Assembly (NCBI GenBank): GCA_904063045.1
Contig: CAJFCJ010000004.1
Location: 1,915,713 to 1,979,712 of the forward strand
Direction: 5' to 3'
DNA from: Dimorphilus gyrociliatus
Lineage: Eukaryota > Animalia > Annelida
Length of the DNA stretch: 64,000 bases
The translations under genes were made by a program, and so were the position numbers. Each line of letters starts with the position of its first letter. Position 1 is the stretch's first letter. Positions 14,701 through 26,035 of this stretch are shown piece by piece. The notes beneath the pieces are model-generated. The model did not search any database, had not been told where the DNA came from, and saw only the letters and a list, made by a program, of their open reading frames with translations.

Positions 14701-15308
14701 TTAGAAACAAGTGACTACATAGCTTAATCTGTCTCTCTGTCTTTCAGACTCAATTTCGTCTCTTTCCTTTTCTTTATTTTCCAAGAGCAGCATTCTAGTC
14801 ATTAATTTAAATAAAAAGAGTAATTTTTTGTTCTTCTCTTCAGTCTAGTTTGGGGAAAAATTAGTCAAATTTTGCTACAGTAAGAGAAAACATATTCTAT
14901 CCAATTAATCTAATTTTAGGACTATTTTCTGTAGATTATTTGTCTTTTTTCCCCAATCATCTAAAATCCTTTTAAAAGATAAAATACTGCTTTTATCAAA
15001 TTGAGCAAAATAAAATACAATTTGCCCCGTATTTCTGACTAGAAAAATTCTGAATAATTTATAAGTCGATATGTTATGTTGCAGGAGGCTGCCTTCTCAC
15101 CATAAGCCTAAAAATGCCTGGAAGACGCTCTGTAATTTACGCTCGTTAATGATGTGCTAGAATGAAATATTTTTCCCCACTTCAATCAATTGTTAATACT
15201 GAGAAAAATGATTGATATCCTTACAGCTAAATTTCTTCAGTCTAAAACTTACGGCACAAAACTATTTATATTAGACTTTGAAGTATGGGCGTAAAAGAAA
15301 AGTATTTA

Positions 15309-15603
15309 GACGTCACGTTCCTATTTGACCGAGCTGCTCGTTTTTGGAGTTCATTATAAATTGGATAAAAGATTCTTTATCTCAACCACCAATTACAAAT
15401 AGGTGGGTGTAAAATATTCTTTGTTGTTGAAGAAACATACATAAATATAGGTAAACTAAACCAAGTTTGAAGGCAAACATCTGATAGAAAAAGGGTGAAT
15501 AAGAATATCAGACTCTCTATAACGAAATCTGACAAGGTTGGCTTATCAAAATGGCGAATTATGCGAGGACGTGACGTAGAATTTCATAAAGGATTCCCCG
15601 GAA
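15309..15603. promoter_or_regulatory. Candidate promoter/enhancer cluster with oppositely oriented CRE-like sites, a YY1-like site and overlapping kB/STAT-like sites
   Basis: GACGTCACG at 15309-15317, AAAATGGCG at 15548-15556, CGTGACGT at 15570-15577, GGATTCCCC at 15591-15599 and TTCCCCGGAA at 15594-15603. The stretch is locally CpG-richer than its non-coding surroundings. Motif matching only. Confidence 0.3.
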
Positions 15604-18600
15604 GGGAAGTTTTTTCTTAGACCATCTAACAAGTGTACTTCAAATTTAACGACAGGGCGTTTGCAGAATTTAGAAAACAAAATAGGAAAACTGGAAAAAA
15701 TCATTCTACACCTAAAAGTGCAGTACAAATCGCCTTAACACGCTCCGTCAAATTTTGCTTAGTCTTGTTGTTATTGTTAGTCAAAAATATTACAGTATTC
15801 AAAGAGGACAAAAGAGAACCAGATTAGATGAAAGATATATAAACAGAATAGGAGCATAGGCAGAGGTAAGTGAAAGCTGTTTGATCGAGAGCGTATTCTC
15901 GGGCGCCTCGTAATTATGCAGGATGAAGAAATGAGCTGGTCTACTCTTATGTATTCATCCAATTAGGACGAATGTTTGCAGGACTATTCTTCAGGTTCTC
16001 TATGCATTTTCTTATTATTTTTAGTTGTCAAACCGTGCTTTACCTAAAGGAAATGAGGAGTGTAAAAATTTTTCATCAATAGACAAAACAAGCAGCAAAT
16101 ATGCAATTAACCTCTCCATTCCACAAACGGAAATTTCGATTGACAGCTACATAGAAAGTGTCTGGGCATGAAAAATTCTATATTTTGTAATGTTTAATAA
16201 AAAATTCAATGGCTTCTTTCGCTATACTGTTTGTTTATTAAACTACTCATAGCATTTACAGCAATTTAGATTACTAGAACAATTCTCACCACATCTGTGG
16301 CTGTCTTTCTTTCTACTTTTGTTTGGAAACCCATGCAATAAATGTACATAACTAAAGAGAATTCAAGCCAAAAATCTATTTGAGAATATTGGCAATTTTC
16401 TTATCTTATTTATTAATTATATCCGTCAATTTGGATAAAAATACATTGAAAATGTGTATAATCCAAGCTATTTCTAATCAAAGCCTGCCTTTGCTTATTA
16501 CAATATATCAATAAGAAGTGACACACTTAATAAAGTTTAGTTTGACCAATGAAGAATCATTTTTCTCACTTGACACATTTAAGACATTAGACCCTAAAAC
16601 TAAAACGATTAATAATAAATATTATACTGTAAAAGCACTTGCAAATTTAGGCCTTTAGTACTGCACTCATTGTAGCAATGCACTACAAAAACCCCTTTCT
16701 TTTTACCAAGGGTTTTCATCTCTTGTGACTTATCGAGTTATTTATAAATATGAGTGAACAGCCTAGTTTTAACATAAACAAAGAAACTATTAAATAACTG
16801 TAATTAAAAATTATACTGAATTCAGCAAACGACAACAGCCAACATCATTGCTAAAAGAGCCAGTAATTACGATTTATATATAACAAAGAAAAAACTAACC
16901 CCTTTTTAGAATGTCTATACAAAAACGTTTAAATGTTAATTAACTGTAGTCGATAGAAACGCATGGAAAAAAGTGATAAAAAAGACACAGAGCTTAATCC
17001 CTAAACTCGGAAAAAACTGGTGAGGATACGACAGACGGGAGAGAGCTCGTTAAAAGCGAGAAAATTTAAGTCCTTCCTCTTCTTATTTCTTGTCCTCAAC
17101 TCTTTCAAGTTTTTCATTGAAAATCAATGTATTGACTACCAAGGGTATTTGTTCTAACAGCGCTTTTAAATTAATAATCTTTAAGCTTATATTTGACTGC
17201 TTCAAATATTACGAAAAATAGATTTGTGTAAAAAGCAAACTACGTTTAGCACTGTTCATATAACAACTGCTTTATGAAAAGAAACGAGACTCTTTCAAAA
17301 CAAATGAACTATAAGCTATTGCTTATAGAATTTTTTTAAATTGAAGAGATTTTATAAAACAGACCTTCTCCGTATAAAAAAGCTCCCGAAGTGGAGAAAG
17401 AAGGCGAAGGAATTTTATCAGCCATTTTCTCATTCAATTAGTTAATCTTTAAGCGAATAATATAGATATAAGCATCCTTTAATATGATTGTAGTTCATCT
17501 TCGCTGTCGCTCGTTCAAGTGATTTGAGAAGAGACCTCTAAGCTTTAAAAGACGCAGACTGTGATGCCACCTGGAAGCTGAGTCGTCTCTCGTGCGCATC
17601 AATTACAGTTCTCGGTGAATTTAGTACATCACTATAAATGTGAAGGGTGCTTTTTTATCATTCGTAAATTAGCAATAGGGTTTATATTCTCACTTCCGCT
17701 TAAAAAAGATGATAATATTTATTTTTCTACCCTTTCTATCTTCTTTTTATGTATTCTCGAAATCAATATACTACTGGGCGGGAAAAAAATATATGTATGT
17801 AGCGTTAAAAGGGGCGCCATCTGTAAATTCTATAGAATCGACAAAACTAAAAGATAAAAAAATTGCTTAACGATTTATTACGTTACGTTAATATTTTACT
17901 GTGAATATTAAACGAAGAGAAAGAGAGGAATAAATATTTTGTAATATGATATTCTTTTCTGAGTAGACTAGAAATAAAATAAGTTTTTCTTTGCCTAGTA
18001 AAACCCGTTTGCTTCATTAATACATTAATTTTTTTGGAATCAACAGAGTAGCCTTTGCTCTTTGTAAAGCAAATATCACTGATAAAGTTTCCTAGCTTTC
18101 GAATTCGTCTGCACGTTCCAATATTCGTCAATACAGCCGCGCAGAAAATGGATGTTATTTCTATTCCATTACTCCGTTGATTCTCTTTTTCTTACTTATA
18201 TATTGCATTTATTGTAATTTTTTCAAATAAATTTGTATTATATACTAGAGAATGTTTAAACAAAAAGGAGAAAATCTATTCAACTTCTCTAAGAACATTT
18301 CAAATATTTCTTGAACAAATTCGGAATATCGTAATTAGGTGAATGTAAATATTTGCTAGTAATTGTAAACATATCGGTATAATTTCAATATTTGACTATC
18401 TAATAATATCACTAGTACTTATATCATACTTAAGTATCATATTAATTATGTTTAAAGCGTCTTTCCTTGACGATTATTAGTAAATTCAGAAGGATTTATC
18501 GTTGAAATATTCGAACTGTATAGAGTGAAAGTGCCAAAACGAATAAAAAGAAACTCACCAAAATTTAACATTCTTTCGTAATGGAACAACTGCTTCAATG

Positions 18601-19203
18601 TTTAATTAAAAAACGTATAATAAGCCACGGAATTCTTTAATTTTTTTAAATATAGTTAGGTAATATTATATTAAACGCTGTTTTGATTGGTAGCTTCCGA
18701 GTTTATGAACGTATTCGTATGTCTGCCCGCGCTCTTTAGAAAAATAATCCGTTTGTCTACCTGTAGATGGCGTTGGCACATTTCTTTTAACGAAGATGCG
18801 CTACATTTTATAGGCCTAAGAAAATTAAATGAGTCTGTTTGCAAAATGAAACCAAAATTGGTATATATACTTAAGAGGGTCTTAACTTACAAATGTAAAT
18901 TTTTTTTCACAAATGGAGTCATTTTTCACCAATTCAGCTTTTGAAATTCTAGGAAAACCTGAATTTTAACAAATGTTAATGAGTATCATATTGGCAATAC
19001 CAAGAGACTTATATAACGTAAATAAGCTTCTTTAATAATTAATTTGTTAATCTTTATTTATTTATACTATTTACGAAGTTTATTAAAACCCTTTGATAAG
19101 GTTAATAAACTTCTACCAAATAGAATTAGTAAGTTTTTGGAGTACTTTTTCCATAAGTATCATATTAAATTCAAATTACATTGTGGTATATTTTAGAATA
19201 TTA

Positions 19204-19234
<31 letters not shown>

Positions 19235-20390
19235 CAACTGTAAAGAGATACTCTTGTATAAAGTTTAAAAAAAAAGTTCACTTATTATAAATAACAAATA
19301 AATAAATATCTACCAGTTTATTTTTATTTATAGTAAAATAAAATAGAAATCTACCTTCCCTTTTTATTTTAGACTTCATAAAAATATCTCTTATATATTA
19401 CCTACAAAAAATAAATGAAGAAAGGAAATGCTAATTAGTTAACTCTCTTCAACCGGCAATCTTAATTAGAATTTTATTCTACAAGTGCACTCTATTATGC
19501 TCATTAAATTTTTTCTCTTTTTTTTTTGGAGAATTACGTAACAACCCTAGTGTTGTTTGTAAAGGTTTTCTTTTTAATATTTAATCTAGATGAAAATATA
19601 CATGTTAAAGTTGTTCTTTTTCTAGTACATATCTCAAAATGTTTGAATAGTAAGCTTAAATTATTAATAGTGAAACCTGTTCCAATCAATTAGACAATTT
19701 GATTGAATTAATATACAAAATGTTTTTTTTTTATCATAAAGAGTGTATATTCTAAAAGAAAAAAAAATCTGCAATACAGCTGTACCATAACATAACATCT
19801 GTCTAGTATCATCTCAAGCGTGCCTTCAGTATCTTCATCAATTCTTTTAGTGCTTTTCCCGATAATTTTCTCATCTTTATTTGCCGATTATTGTTCGCGA
19901 AGTCTAGGTATTTTTGCTAGTTTCTACAGGTAGAAAAATAAAACGCCATTTTTTATTAATAATAAGGTATTTTATTATAGTCTATACTCTGTTATTTTTT
20001 CTTTCACTCAACATTCTAGTACAATATTTTAACTCTTTAAGGTAAAAGCTGTGGAAAGAGTTACTGAGGTTAAAAATACACTAAACGAAGCAAGAAATAG
20101 AAAGGCATTTTTCTTCTTATTTGAAAGGAAAAAAGATTACAAGACTCGGTTCACCAACTTTTCAAAAGTAAGTTTTCAAGACAAGAGAAAAGAGAGGTAA
20201 GCTGCTTGTCTTTTGCCTGAGCAAACATTTGCAAAAGCCAACCAATCAAGTTTCTAAATTAATCAGTCAATATAAATTAATTGATGACTAATTGAAAAGC
20301 GTCCGTGGTAAGACTAAAGTAGAATTATTGTAAATAAAGAAACTGATAACGATTTCTTGAAATGAAAAACTTGCAAACCTATTAAACTAT

Positions 20391-20470
20391 GGCCAATCAG
20401 CTACTGACGTTCTAATGACGTCACGCCTCAATTGACCTACGTGCTCAAAGTGGCGCGCTTTTGGCGTTGT
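20391..20470. promoter_or_regulatory. Candidate proximal promoter (CCAAT box plus full CRE) upstream of the tetraspan gene
   Basis: GGCCAATCAG at 20391-20400, perfect palindromic TGACGTCA at 20416-20423, then a CpG-containing GGCGCGC; about 400 nt upstream of the ATG at 20828. Confidence 0.45.
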
Positions 20471-20827
20471 CTAATTGTAGTTTGCCCTAGACGAACACAG
20501 ATGGTGGAAAGTTTTGCTTTACATTACGAATGTCCGATGCTTTACGGATAATTATAGGTCGTTAAAACAGTGATTAATTATCGGATTCTCTCTTCACGGT
20601 TAGCTTCAATCTCTTTTCTTGGCTTCCGGTAAAAAATAGATGTGTACGTAAGAGTACAAAAACTTCGATTTTCTTTAAACGTAACAAAGTACAAATAAGA
20701 GTGCAATTTAGAAAAAAATCTATATAAGTTATATTGATTATTCTTTAGAGGATGCTTTAAAAAATTACTATTATTTAATGCCCAACATATCTATATTATT
20801 CTGTTTTTACTTGTTTAGTTTTCAACG

Positions 20828-23160
20828 ATGAATACAAATTTTCAACTTAAGCATGAGAATCGAAGTCTTCGTAACTGTCTAGTTTCTTTACACGCTCTAC
20901 AAACTATTGTTGGTAAGTTAAATACTAAAATTTTGCCATTTGACTATTTTATGTATTTCTGGTTTTTTTTGCGTTTAAACTGCATTCAATTCCTACTAAA
21001 AACTGATCATTTACATATGTAGATTATATATGAATCATGTAACCTTTCTTAATTGACTATAAAAAAATAAAATGATACCATTACATTAGGCTATTTTTAA
21101 TTTATACTCTAGTTTTTAAAGGTTTCTCTATAAATGTTTTTTATGATGATAAACATAAATAAATTACAAAAAGGCTATCATCTTTATGAATGAATTGTTC
21201 TCTTCACCTTTATTTAGACGCCCACGGCTATTAAATTAAGTAAGATGCGTTATAAATTGATATTTATTGTTTATTTTACCATCTAATTTATTACTATGTA
21301 AATAGTTGACCAAATTGAAGTCATGTATAAGCGAATAGAAAAAGACAAACAGGCGACTTGCTATGCTTCTGAACTGACAGTAAATATAAATCATAGCCCA
21401 TTTTCTTGGCTTACAGAACAAAATAACTTTTCGCAGTTGACGTATGGTAGAAGAGAAAAAAAAAGTCAGGACGGGGGATGGGTAATGTTAAGGTGAAAAA
21501 GGTTAGGAGGAGAAGGACGAAGAGGAGAAAATTTTTACATTAAGGTCAATAGATTAATGGTAAAATAGAAAAAAAAACATATATTTTTTCCATTAAAGAT
21601 CACTGCTTAACTTAGATAAAAGATAAAAGTACAATACTCCTTTCGGGGTCAAAAACCATTTCGTTTAATCGTAAATATATCAAGAAGCTTTTTCATTTAT
21701 TCAATTGTATTCTTTTTGATTATTTAAAACGATTACTTAAAGATCTAATCAAATTCTTCTAACATAAGCAGAGAGTAAGGAAAATTCTATTAAGAAGGCG
21801 AATCTTTTGCGAATTTATGGCGCCTTTCACCTAAAAAGAATAAACGAAAAATATATAAATCACAGTGATTTATTCCTAAAAATGTTCTTGTATTTTTTCC
21901 CCCTAGGTTGCACTGTAACCGCTGTAGGAATTGCCTCGGAAATTTATCTAAAAGTAGTGGCCTACGAGAAGAGGGAAAATTTTCCTGCTTTGTGGTGGTT
22001 TGGAATTGCAGTAATTATTAATTTTGCTCCTGCTTCTGACGCTTTTAAATTTATTTTCTTATAAATTCCAAAAAGAAAAATAATAATAAAAAGTAAAAAG
22101 AATCGGCAATATACTTTACTTATTCTTTCATAATAAAAACAGATAATTGTATCCGGTATTTGTGGTTTACTAAGTGCATTAAAGGGAGCAAAGCTATGGG
22201 TAGAAACATATTAAAATAAATCACTAGCGAATGTTATTTGAAAAGAAACATTTTTTTCTTATGCAAACCAACAGATGAGGCTCTGGTTGTCAATAAGCTT
22301 CCTGGTTTTCGTCCTAGCCTATATTATTCTTGTTATGGTTAAAGCGTTGAAACCAGAAGAATTTGGGGTTACGACGCAAATTTATGGATTGTGCTCACAA
22401 GAAAATGATTCGTGTATCTGCAGGTGGTGAGTCTAAACGTTTAGATTAAGTTTTCCCTGCAACAAAGAGAAAAACCAGCACATTGTAGACGAATTCTTGC
22501 TCATTCCCTATACCCTTTTTAAAAGAAATTCTTCCATAGAAGCACTCACCATTTGAGTGATCATCTATTAGAATTTCCGTAATTGTATCCGTTAGTAGGT
22601 AATGTAACCTTAATCATTTGATATATCCCAAAAGAATTAGCATTTTTTGAGCAAGAAATAAAGAGAGAGAGAGCGAGCGAAAGAAAGATATGAAATTTTA
22701 TCTTCTTTTGTTTATCTTGATTGATGTTCTTTGATAATGACTCTACAGGTATGAAATCAGAAAACAAACCATTCTATCTTATTCAAAGTGTTCCGAAATA
22801 TGGAAAATAACTACAATTTATCTTGTTTGGATTTGTTTAATCATCTTATCCCTATCGGTTCAATCAGTATTAATTGTCACTACTGCGATAGCTGCATGTT
22901 GTTTGGAAAAATGCATGACGAAGGTTAGTGACTCGGGCAAAAATCTTATATAAGGAAGAGCTCGAGTATCTAATACGATTATTGGGGTTTGAAACAGTTT
23001 CATATTGTATCTATATTTTGTTACCGTACAGAATGCCAGACCGGATGTTGGCACAACTGCAGCTTTTGCTGATAGAACAGAATTTAATTCGGACGATGAT
23101 CGATTAACTGCCTTACCTTCTCAAATTCCTTCACAGTATTGTCTATTTAGTCAAGCTTAA
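20828..23160 (+). CDS. Four-TM membrane protein, CD20/MS4A-like, 233 aa, six exons
   Basis: Exons 20828-20912, 21907-22010, 22143-22199, 22275-22426, 22749-22923 and 23032-23160 join in frame via GT-AG introns (phases 1,0,0,2,0). Four hydrophobic segments: LHALQTIVGCTVTAVGIA, LWWFGIAIIVSGICGLLSA, LWLSISFLVFVLAYIILVMV, IYLVWICLIILSLSVQSVLIVTTAIAACC. The loop between TM3 and TM4 has C-x5-C-x-C...C. Confidence 0.85.
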
Positions 23161-24282
23161 AGATGTCGTTTAGTTTGAAAACTTTTGTATATTTCGTTAT
23201 CAATTGTATTTCTTTTAAGAAGAATTTTTTTATTTCATTGAGGAAATATTTTCCTTTTTTTGTACGGATTGAAAACTATTTATATATTAAATTCAACGAA
23301 AAAAATTCCAAATCTGTATCCATAATCAAGATTTACTTACACAGGAAATAGCCTTTTAACCTAATTACTTTTTTTTATCCACAAAGGCCAAAGTTTGAAA
23401 TTTTAGTTTTAGATTCTTTATGCTTAGGATTGCATAATACTAATTGTTAATTAGAAATCAAATTATTTCGGGTAAATTGTAAAAAAGTTGTCTTTTATCG
23501 ATTTCCAACGAGAAAATAATTTGTGTCTGCTGACAATTGACTATCTAAAGATTGACAATATATGAAGGTAATAGAACCATGTGATAAAAACCTTTTTCTC
23601 TTTCCAAGGTCTTAATAAAAGAAAAAATATCGGATATGCTGTTTTTTATATATTCTATAATGTCTGATGATTTTTATCTGAAAGTGTCGATTTATGGAAA
23701 TAGAGAAATAAAGTTGTAATATTAAAAGAGTAACTTATAAATGTAATTAACAATTAAGTAAATATCTAGAATCTAAGGTAACTTTTCCACAAAAAGCATC
23801 GCTGCCAAAGCTTTTCAAAAGAATTCAATTAATCTCTCAACAAAACTAAAATTCCTTTTTGTACTCAATAGATTACCATGTTTACCTAATCCCTTCTTTT
23901 TACATTTCTTACATCCTTACTTAGAAATGGCAATGGAATATAAATCTTCAGTTCTATCTCCAGTTCGTTTAGTACTAAAGAATTGCATCTAGTCATTTAC
24001 GTTCCAGATATTATGGATAAATGGAGACGTATTTTAAGATCTTTCAATTTGCGTTTGGTTCTATTTTACCTATTTTATAAAGATATCATTAAAAATGAGA
24101 AAATTTACTGATTCTATTGATTTCATTGACAGTAGCTTTTTTACTAATAAAACAAGAGATAAAGAATATAGTAAACTCTGTGTTAGAGAGTTGGATAAAG
24201 AAAGAAAAAGAAACAGAAACGTAGAATAAAAGACAGAGAATTATATAAAAAGAAAAAGAGAAAAAGAGAAATATTGAAATTC

Positions 24283-24283
<1 letters not shown>

Positions 24284-24314
<31 letters not shown>
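24284..24314. repeat. (AG)n microsatellite within a purine-rich tract
   Basis: Uninterrupted AG dinucleotide run read directly. Confidence 0.95.
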
Positions 24315-24317
<3 letters not shown>

Positions 24318-26035
24318 GGACGCAAGGATAAAAAAAGAGAAAAGAAAAAAGGAGCAGAGGGAGAAAGAGAGAGAGGTAAATGAGACAGATAAATGAGAAA
24401 AGAGGAGAAAGTAATCTGTTTTATGAACAAATAAAATACCAAGGAATTTCTTCTTATTTAATTTACAAGACACTAGACCAGTCAACGCCAATAATCGTAC
24501 TTAAGAGAAATGAGAAGGATTGTCTTAAATAAGCTTCTTTATTTCATTTAAATTATCTTAAAATTCATTAAGTTGCTTAAATTCATTTAAAATGAGTTAA
24601 ATATTTTTCTTTCTTTGTTTTATAGAAAAAAAGATATGGAAATTTATGTTTTTTATGCTTAAGTAAGAGAATTAGATATGCTAAAGTAGTAGTGGAACTG
24701 TTTAATGTATAGAAAGAGATACCGTACTATAAATAGTCTATATGAAGATTCTTGGTAAAAGAAGTACTGAAAGGAAGAGTCAGAGTTTAGTAAAAAGAAC
24801 ATATACTTCTATTGTTGATCGGTCTAAAATCAATCTTTTATTGATTTTAAAGAAATATATATTTTATTAAAAAACAATACAATAAAAATGTAGGTGCGGT
24901 TGAAATAAATATGGACTATTATAGTTAGTTTAAACGATTATTTTCCCCAACTGTCACTAAAACAATAACAAATGCCATTCCCAGTTGTATTCGAAGCTTT
25001 GAAATACAAAGAAAGAGTTTTAGTTATGCTCTATATGCGAGTATTCGAGTGTTTGAGTGGTAGCATAGGAGCAGAAAGTAAAAAGATACAATATACTAAT
25101 ATAGGAGCTACTGTGTTGAAGAGTTAGGCGACGGAATAAAAAAATAGTACAGTAAGCTTTTCGTCTTTAACAATGTAATCAGAATTTATATTACGCAATT
25201 CTGTATAGATAACGACGTAAAAAATCTCTTAATTCTCCATAAGTAAATGAATTTTTTCATAATTACTTTTCATCCTAAAGAACGAGGTAATTTTTGTAGA
25301 ACAAGACCTTTGAAGAACACTTAAGTTTTCCCCATCTTTTGACAATAATTGCTACTCTTATATTTTTAGTTTTGTCACAAGATTCAACACAGCAACTCTT
25401 TCGCTGATAATTACCCTCAAAAAACATTTACTCGGGGGAGTACTTTTAAGACTTCCCTCGTGTTTATAAAAACGAGCAAATACTACTAGATCTGCTCTGT
25501 TCAGTGTTGATTCTTATTATCATATTCTATAGTATTATGTTAATAAAACTTTCATTTAGGAGAAAGAGAGAAAACGCTATATAATTTGGACATGATTATC
25601 TTTAAGGTTGAGAATTTCATCTATAAAATAGTTTAAACCAGTCAGTTTCTTTTTTCACCGATAATAAATTACAGAAGGTAATCGATAAAGTATTATGTTA
25701 TTCATTGCAATGGACCATGACTATATTTCTTTTCATTTCCATTGCTCATTCAAAATTAAAGACTATAAATTACAAATATCATTTATACCATCAAGATATA
25801 TACAAACTAAATATAGTAACGATTTAACCACTCGTAGTATTATGAAACGAAGAAGATGCATGAAATTAAAATTTATGGCTTTTCTAAAGTTAACAGAAAA
25901 CTTATTCTTTTTCAATCAAAATATGTAAGTTAATTATATAATAATTCCAGATTAGAATTTAATTTTGCATGGCTTTAAGTAAATCTCTCTTGAAAATTCC
26001 AAAAAAACTTCTTTAAAATGCCACTGTAACTTCAT

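Noticed and set aside
16650-16690. Short palindrome CATTG-TAG-CAATG with GTGCATTG resembling the miR-33 5' end
   Set aside because: Similarity stops after 8 nt and the stem is far too short for a pre-miRNA.
13562-18131. Isolated ORFs in the gene-poor region (13562-13855, 14217-14450, 15633-15827, 15777-15962, 17883-18131)
   Set aside because: No recognisable domain, and I could not build a consistent spliced model; left unannotated, though some may be RAPGEF1 alternative exons.
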